From: Sandaracinaceae bacterium
Lineage (GTDB): Bacteria > Myxococcota_A > Polyangia > Polyangiales > Sandaracinaceae
Length of the DNA: 21,827 nt
NCBI GenBank assembly: GCA_044220955.1
Contig: JBGAQA010000007.1
Span: forward strand, 25,468 to 47,294
Reading direction: 5' to 3'
Part shown: positions 1-7,724 of the stretch, in pieces
Layout of the letters: each line of letters opens with the position of its first letter
Numbering within the stretch: position 1 is the stretch's first letter
Notes under the pieces: model-generated
The model's input: only the letters and a program-made list of their open reading frames with translations
Database searches by the model: none
Told to the model about the DNA's origin: nothing
Program-made: the position numbers and the translations under genes

Positions 1-358
1 CTTCGGCCACGTGCGTCCTCGTCGCGAGGATCATGGCCTGCACGCGATCGAGCGCGTCGGGACGCACCTCCGTGAGCCGCGCGCGTGCGAGATCTGCGCT
101 CCGCGCCTCGTTGTCCGCGCGCGTGGGATCGTAGATCGCGTCGTGGAAGAGCAGAGCGGCCAGCACCTCACCCGGACGCTCCGCGAGGTCGCGGTGATCC
201 TCGAACAGGGCGAGGCACGCCTCGAGGTGACAGAGCCCGTGGTAGTGGCGATGCGGCTCGGACCAGCGGGCGAGCAGATCGTCCACCGCCGCGCGTCGCG
301 CCCGGATCCCGAGCGCCCAGCAAGCCTCCTCCCACGCGCGCGTGACCGGCTCAGACAC
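1..358 (-). CDS. HD-superfamily metal-dependent phosphohydrolase (COG4339-like), 3'-truncated by window edge
   Basis: Absent from the ORF track because it has no stop in the window. My translation from GTG at 358: MSEPVTRAWEEACWALGIRARRAAVDDLLARWSEPHRHYHGLCHLEACL...AALLFHDAIYDPTRADNEARSA...MILATRTH. The motifs EPHRHYH, FHDAIYDP, DNE.RSA and ILAT..H match this family. GGAGG lies upstream and the start overlaps the end of the HIT-like gene. Confidence 0.85.
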   Translation of the reverse strand, partial: MSEPVTRAWEEACWALGIRARRAAVDDLLARWSEPHRHYHGLCHLEACLALFEDHRDLAERPGEVLAALLFHDAIYDPTRADNEARSADLARARLTEVRPDALDRVQAMILATRTHVAE

Positions 359-731
359 CGAGCAGCCTCCGCATGATGGGCCAGCGCCGGGGGCGCAGCA
401 GGCGCTTCAGCGAGAGGCACAGCAAGACCCAGCGCTTCTCGCCGGGCGTGCGCGCCGGGATCAGGTGGAAGTGCGGCCAGGGCATCCGCCGCGTGCGCGC
501 GCCGTTGTAGAGGACGGTGAAGCACTCCGGATCGCCGAAGAGCTCCTCGCCCCGCGCCCGCGCGAACGCGTGCGCGATCGACCACATCTCGTCGATCTCG
601 CCGGGAGTCGCGGGGCCCTGATCCTTCGGCCACGCGAGGACGTGGTAGTGGCGCACGAGCGGCAGGGCCGGCGAGCGCAGCTCGGCGAGGCGGCCGCTCC
701 GCAGCGGATACGAACGATCGAGGGTCGTCAT
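351..731 (-). CDS. HIT-like (histidine triad) family protein, 126 aa
   Basis: C-terminal part of track ORF 351..3548 from MTTLDRSY. The ATG at 731 overlaps the TetR stop (ATGA). Motifs HYHVLAWPK (cf. GHxLVIPK), VLYNG and WPHFHLIP (cf. HxHxHxxP with the first His replaced). Confidence 0.65.
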   Translation of the reverse strand: MTTLDRSYPLRSGRLAELRSPALPLVRHYHVLAWPKDQGPATPGEIDEMWSIAHAFARARGEELFGDPECFTVLYNGARTRRMPWPHFHLIPARTPGEKRWVLLCLSLKRLLRPRRWPIMRRLLGV

Positions 732-1345
732 CCTCGCTCCCTCCTCGGCTGCGCGGTCACGAGCCCGCGCGCCACGTGGCGCGTCATCGCGGCGGCCGAT
801 CCGAACGGGATCACGTCGGGCGCCGCGGCCCCGAGCGCGAAGTACCCCTCGATCGTCGCGACGAGCGCGCCCGCCATGGATCTGGCGCCCGCGCCGCTCC
901 GGCCCTCGGCGCGGCACGCGCTCGTGAGCAGCCGCGCGAGCTGCTCGGCGAGCTCGCCGACGAACGCCCGGTACAGCGAGCGTACCTCCGGCTGCGTGAC
1001 GGCCTCGGCCCCGATGAGCGCCCAGCACGCGGCTGCGTCGGGATCGGCGTCCTCCCGTCGGTCGAGGAGCGCGTCGATGAACGCGTCGAGCTTCGCGTCC
1101 GGGCTCGTGGCGCCGGCGACGCGCTTGTCGATGCGCGCGCGTGCACCGCGGACGAGGCCCTCGACCAGCACGCGGAGGATCTCGGCCTTCGTCTCGAAGT
1201 GGTAGTGGACGAGGCCCGGCGCGAGCCCCGCTTCCTTGGCGATCGCCGCGATGCTGGCTCGCTCGTACCCCTGACGCGCCATGACCCCGCGTAGCGCCAG
1301 CGCGATCTCTCGCCGCCTCTCCTCGGTGTTCGATGGACGACCCAT
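728..1345 (-). CDS. TetR/AcrR family transcriptional regulator (BetI-like C-terminus)
   Basis: N-terminal HTH: MGRPSNTEERRREI...GYERASIAAIAKEAGLAPGLVHYHFETKAEIL. I placed the start at the second Met (1345) because the track start (1357) falls inside the predicted -10/operator. Confidence 0.93.
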   Translation of the reverse strand: MGRPSNTEERRREIALALRGVMARQGYERASIAAIAKEAGLAPGLVHYHFETKAEILRVLVEGLVRGARARIDKRVAGATSPDAKLDAFIDALLDRREDADPDAAACWALIGAEAVTQPEVRSLYRAFVGELAEQLARLLTSACRAEGRSGAGARSMAGALVATIEGYFALGAAAPDVIPFGSAAAMTRHVARGLVTAQPRRERG

Positions 1346-1381
1346 TAAGTTGGTCATAGGACCAATTTACTGGGCGCGCAA
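1346..1381 (-). promoter_or_regulatory. Probable sigma70-type promoter with overlapping TetR operator (autoregulation)
   Basis: Inverted repeat TAAGTTGGTC-ATAG-GACCAATTTA (1346-1369; 10-bp arms, 1 mismatch), AT-rich in a high-GC background. The minus strand reads TTGCGC(1381-1376)-N17-TATGAC(1358-1353)-N7-ATG. Confidence 0.7.
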
Positions 1382-1414
1382 GTCCACCCCTGCCCGCACC
1401 CGGCGTCGCACCCG

Positions 1415-3586
<2,172 letters not shown>

Positions 3587-3605
3587 CTACGATGCGTCAC
3601 CCGCC

Positions 3606-5078
3606 GTGTCGTCGCTCGAACGAGAAGAGACGCTCGACGGTCCCTTCGACGGGCCGCGCCGGCTCGTCCACGTCGAAGGCGAGACGCGCTGGACCGTCAC
3701 GCCGGCGCGCGCGGCCGCCGAGCTCGAGGCCCACGCGCGGCTCGCAGCGCATCCGCTCGCCGTCGCGTCTCTCGAGCGACGGGGGGACGCGCTCGTCTTT
3801 CCACGCCTCGCCGCCGCCGATCCGGCAGAGGCGGTCGACATCTTGCCCCTGGGAGAGGCGATCGTCCTCGAGACGACGCCCCGACGCTTCCTCGACGCGC
3901 TCGGGGGCCCCGTCGACGCGGTGCGGGCGCTCGGCCGCATCGAGCTCGCTCGTTCGCGCATCGATCGCTTCCTCGATCGCCGCCTCACGCTGCGCACGAC
4001 GCGCGGCGTCGACCTCGGCGGGGTGATGCCCGCCTCGATCCGGAGCCGCGCGACCGGCCTCGCCGCGCTCTCGGTGCGCCTCGGCCGTGTCGAGGGCTGG
4101 CCGGTCCTCGATCTCGCCTCGCTCGCGCTGCGCGCCGGGCTCGACACCGCGCCGGCGCATGCGTCGGCGGGTGGAGACGACGACGCGTTCGAGCTGGCTC
4201 TGCTGCACCAGGCGCTGCGGGAGCTGAGTGCGGAGCGCGACGAGGGGCGCCGCGCGCGCCTGCGGGAGCTCGCGCGAGCATCGATCGAGCGCTTCGTCCC
4301 GCGCGAGCCGGCCCGCGTGCAGCTCCGGGTCGCCGCGCCGGCGTTTCTGCCGCCTGCCGTCTTCGCGCCGCTCGGCGAGGTGGACAGCGCGCACGCGCGC
4401 CGGATCCTCGGCGCGTGGGACGGACTCGCCGTGGGCGGCGACGTCGTCCGGGTGGTGACCGAGCCCCCCCTCGCGCGACCGGCGCGTTGCTTCGCGTTCG
4501 AGCCGCGCCGCGCCCGGCGCGCGCGCCTCTTCTCGCGCTTCGAGGAGGGCATCGCGTTCGACGACGAGGGGCTCTTCTCGGCGACGCCGGAGGCCCTCGC
4601 CCTGCGCATCGCGGCCGGGCTCGAGGGAGTCGTGGTCGACGCGACGTGCGGCATCGGCTCGATCGCGATCGCCATGGCGCGCAGCCCGCGGGTGTCGCGC
4701 GTCGTCGCGATCGACCGCGACGCCAGCCGTCTCGCCATGGCGGAGCACAACGCGCGGATCTACGGCGTGCACGACCGGATCGACTTCCGCGCGGGCGACG
4801 CCCTGGCGCTCGTGCCGACGCTCGCGTTCGACGCGCTCGTGGTCGACCCGCCCTGGGGCGGGCGCGGCTACGATCGCGAGCACACAGGGCTCGGCGACCT
4901 CCGGATGCCGATCGCGCCGCTGCTCGGGCTCCCGGGAGCGCTCGTGCTCAAGCTGCCGCGCAGCTTCGACGTCCATGCGCTGCCCGCCGATTTCGAGATC
5001 GAGGCACTCCTCGACGAGCGAGGCGTGCTCAAGATGCTCGTGGCGCGTCGCGGGGTACGCTCGGGCTCATCGCGATGA
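3606..5078 (+). CDS. Multidomain SAM-dependent methyltransferase with C-terminal Tgs1-like (RNA cap guanine-N2 methyltransferase family) domain
   Basis: Frame of track ORF 3453..5078; start moved to GTG 3606 to avoid overlapping ligA (start uncertain). From nt 4527: LFSRFEEGIAFDDEGLFSATPEALA, VVDATCGIG (motif I), VVAIDRD, AEHNARIYGVHDRIDFRAGD, DPPWGGRGY, KLPRS. These are colinear with Tgs1 motifs as I recall them (LFSRFDDG..LD.EGWFSVTPE, DAFCGVGGN, NNAEVYG, SPPWGG, LPRN). Confidence 0.8.
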   Translation: MSSLEREETLDGPFDGPRRLVHVEGETRWTVTPARAAAELEAHARLAAHPLAVASLERRGDALVFPRLAAADPAEAVDILPLGEAIVLETTPRRFLDALGGPVDAVRALGRIELARSRIDRFLDRRLTLRTTRGVDLGGVMPASIRSRATGLAALSVRLGRVEGWPVLDLASLALRAGLDTAPAHASAGGDDDAFELALLHQALRELSAERDEGRRARLRELARASIERFVPREPARVQLRVAAPAFLPPAVFAPLGEVDSAHARRILGAWDGLAVGGDVVRVVTEPPLARPARCFAFEPRRARRARLFSRFEEGIAFDDEGLFSATPEALALRIAAGLEGVVVDATCGIGSIAIAMARSPRVSRVVAIDRDASRLAMAEHNARIYGVHDRIDFRAGDALALVPTLAFDALVVDPPWGGRGYDREHTGLGDLRMPIAPLLGLPGALVLKLPRSFDVHALPADFEIEALLDERGVLKMLVARRGVRSGSSR

Positions 5079-5629
5079 AGAAGCCGCCACAGGACCACAC
5101 GAGCGCGCACACGCCCTTCGAGACCTACGTGTTCCGGCCGATCGCGGTCGCGCGCACTCCGTACAAGGAGCGCTTCGGCGCGCCTCACCAGGCGGCGGTC
5201 GTGAGGGGCACACGCGCGCACGCCGACGCCGAGGGAACGATCGAGCTCGCGCCGCACATCCCCGTCGAGGCGTTGCGGCACCTCGAGGGCTTCGACTACG
5301 TCTGGGCGATCTACGTGTTCCACCTCAACGCCGGCTACCGCCCGCTCGTGAGACCGCCCCGCACGCCCGACGTCGCGCACGGCGTCCTCGCCACGCGGGC
5401 GCCGCACCGTCCCTGCAACGTCGGGCTCTCCGCGCTCCGCTTGCTTCGGATCGAGGGCCGCACCCTCGTCGTGCGCGGGATCGATCTCCTCGACGGGACG
5501 CCCGTGCTCGACCTGAAGCCCTACCTCCCCTACGCGGATGCGTTCCCCGAGGCCCGCGCCGGGTGGGTGGACGAGGCCGGCGGCGGCCCGGCGCACGAGC
5601 GCGAGCACGACGAGCCCTGGGACACGTGA
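5075..5629 (+). CDS. tsaA: tRNA (N6-threonylcarbamoyladenosine(37)-N6)-methyltransferase TrmO/TsaA (YaeB family), short form, 184 aa
   Basis: C-terminal part of track ORF 1883..5629 from MKKPP. The ATG at 5075 overlaps the upstream TGA. Motifs: TPYKERFGAPHQ, LEGFDYVWAIYVFH, VRPPR, GVLATRAPHRPCNVGLS, GIDLLDGTPVLDLKPYLPYADAFPEARAGW. Confidence 0.92.
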   Translation: MKKPPQDHTSAHTPFETYVFRPIAVARTPYKERFGAPHQAAVVRGTRAHADAEGTIELAPHIPVEALRHLEGFDYVWAIYVFHLNAGYRPLVRPPRTPDVAHGVLATRAPHRPCNVGLSALRLLRIEGRTLVVRGIDLLDGTPVLDLKPYLPYADAFPEARAGWVDEAGGGPAHEREHDEPWDT

Positions 5630-5648
5630 ATGCCGACCCCGCGGGCCT

Positions 5649-7724
5649 CTACATCGACGGGGCGCCCTGACAGCAGTTCACGGGCATCAGGAAGGGCACG
5701 CAGAGCGGCGTGACCGTCCCGTCCGCCTCCACGCGGTAGTCCTCGTTCGGCACCCGCATCTCGCGCGTCATGTGGCTGCCGCTCGCGTCGGCGCGCACGC
5801 CCTCCGGGTACCCCGCGAGGGTCGCCTCGTCGCGGAGCGGGCAGAGCGGAAGGTCGCAGAAGCGCCGGATCGGCTCGCAGCACTGTGCGGGCACGTCGGT
5901 CTGCATGCTTCGGTCGATCGGGCCGACCATTCCGGCCATCGGCCCGCTCGTGTGGAGCGCGCTCTGGCACGCCATGACGCCGCGGCCCTCGCTGCGGTCG
6001 GTGCGCTGCGCGTCGGCGGCCGGTGCGTGGGTCGCGAAGTCGGCGGGATCCACGACCGCGAAGCTGCCGCGACGGCTCTGGGTCGCGAGCAGGAGGCTCC
6101 CCGACGCCGGGACGTCGTGCGGGGCGCACTGCGGGATGCGCCCCATCGCGTCCACGGGATCGAGCTGGTTCAGCGCTCCGGGGTGGTAGTCGAGATCCGG
6201 GCAGCCCAGCTCGTTCGGGACGGACCAGGCCTGGCTCGAGTACTGCCCACCCTCGTAGATGATGCCAGTGTCCGTGCGGAGCGTGGCCGCGAGCTGGCAG
6301 CTGGTCTGGCAGTCCGCCATCGGCGTCCCGGCTGCGACGCAGCTCGTCATGCAGTCCTGATAGACGTCCACCACGCGCGCGCCAGCGACGCCCGCGAGCA
6401 CGTTCACGTCGTAGTTGCCGCTCGGGATCACCTGGCACTCCGAGCGCTGTGCCTCGTAGATGTCGGCCGCATTGCCGGGCGGGATGTAGGGGACGCGGCA
6501 GAGGATCGGCTGTAGCGGGTTGGTCACGATGACGCCGACGGGCGGCACGATCACGTCGGCCGCGCTGAACGTCTCGCGCGCGATGAACCCCTGAGAGGCG
6601 CCGCCCGCGACGGTCGGGCGGATCGAGCCGATCATGAGGACGTCCGGGATGCCCGCCCGGACCTCGAAGTCGTTGCGCGCGCGCTGGAGCAGGATGATGG
6701 GCGTGTACCAGTCGACGCCGTTCGAGCCGAGGATCGGGTGGGGATCGCCGAACCCGTTCCCATCGGCGTCCACGTGCTGCACCGGCATGCCGTGGACGAG
6801 CGGGTTGAAGTCGTACTGGATGCCCGCGGCGCTCAGCGCCGGGCCCCAGGGCCGGGTCATCCCGGTGGCGTCCGCGTCGAGCTGGTCACCGCTCGCCACC
6901 AGGCTGATGCGCATCGCCGTGAGATCCCAGAGCGCCGCCTCGGCCATGATGGCGTCGGAGATGAGCGGGATCGTCGCGGTCGACGGGAGGGCTCGCGTGG
7001 TGTCGTCGACCGTGAACATCGGGCGCTCGGTGTCGATGAGCGCCCCGAGCGCCACCGCGACGCCCTGGATCCGCTCGCCCAGCGGCTCCTCGGCCTCGTT
7101 GTGGAACGTGATGTGGCGGAACACGGGCACCGCGGCGGTCGCATCGACGAGCGCGCCTCCGCCGACGTCGCCAGCCGTCGCGAGGCTGCGCGTCCCGAAG
7201 AACGGGTTGAAGTCGCCGTCGTTGTCGTAGAAGCCGCGGATCTGGTAGTCGCGGCCGGGGTACGACCCGTCCGTCTCCTGCGGCCCCGTGCCCAGCGGGA
7301 TCGAGGGCCACGTGAAGCGGCCCGTCCGCGTGATGGGCAGCAGATCGTCCGCCGTCGGCGTCAGCGGCATGCAGTCCGAGAGGTTGAAGATGTCGCGGCC
7401 ATTCAGCGCGAACAGGCTCTGCGCCGTCGTCGCGCTACCCGTCGGCGGAGGCGGGTTGTCGTAGTCGAACATCAGCATGATCACGTTGCCGCGGATCGCG
7501 ACGGGCAGGGCCGGCTCGCTCTCCGTCCAGAGGCACTGCGGCCGCGGTCCGACGTAGAGGACGCTGCCCTGGATCACACCGAGCGGGTTCGGCGAGGCGC
7601 CGCCCTCGCGACGCTGGGTGTCGATGTGCGTGTCGACGCAGCCTGCGCTGCTCGCGAGCGCGAGCGCGGAGCCGAGCGCGAACGTCGTGCGGAGGAACCT
7701 CATGTCCGTGACTCGGTCGCGCAT
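5649..7724 (-). CDS. Large Cys-rich lipoprotein of unknown function (about 691 aa), partner of the TonB-dependent receptor
   Basis: C-terminal part of track ORF 5649..10397 from MRDRVTDMRFLR. The ATG at 7724 overlaps the receptor stop (TGATG); 7703 is an alternative start. Signal peptide with lipobox ALALASSAG-C, 19 Cys, and DNDGD and DADGNG acidic loops. Confidence 0.85.
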   Translation of the reverse strand: MRDRVTDMRFLRTTFALGSALALASSAGCVDTHIDTQRREGGASPNPLGVIQGSVLYVGPRPQCLWTESEPALPVAIRGNVIMLMFDYDNPPPPTGSATTAQSLFALNGRDIFNLSDCMPLTPTADDLLPITRTGRFTWPSIPLGTGPQETDGSYPGRDYQIRGFYDNDGDFNPFFGTRSLATAGDVGGGALVDATAAVPVFRHITFHNEAEEPLGERIQGVAVALGALIDTERPMFTVDDTTRALPSTATIPLISDAIMAEAALWDLTAMRISLVASGDQLDADATGMTRPWGPALSAAGIQYDFNPLVHGMPVQHVDADGNGFGDPHPILGSNGVDWYTPIILLQRARNDFEVRAGIPDVLMIGSIRPTVAGGASQGFIARETFSAADVIVPPVGVIVTNPLQPILCRVPYIPPGNAADIYEAQRSECQVIPSGNYDVNVLAGVAGARVVDVYQDCMTSCVAAGTPMADCQTSCQLAATLRTDTGIIYEGGQYSSQAWSVPNELGCPDLDYHPGALNQLDPVDAMGRIPQCAPHDVPASGSLLLATQSRRGSFAVVDPADFATHAPAADAQRTDRSEGRGVMACQSALHTSGPMAGMVGPIDRSMQTDVPAQCCEPIRRFCDLPLCPLRDEATLAGYPEGVRADASGSHMTREMRVPNEDYRVEADGTVTPLCVPFLMPVNCCQGAPSM

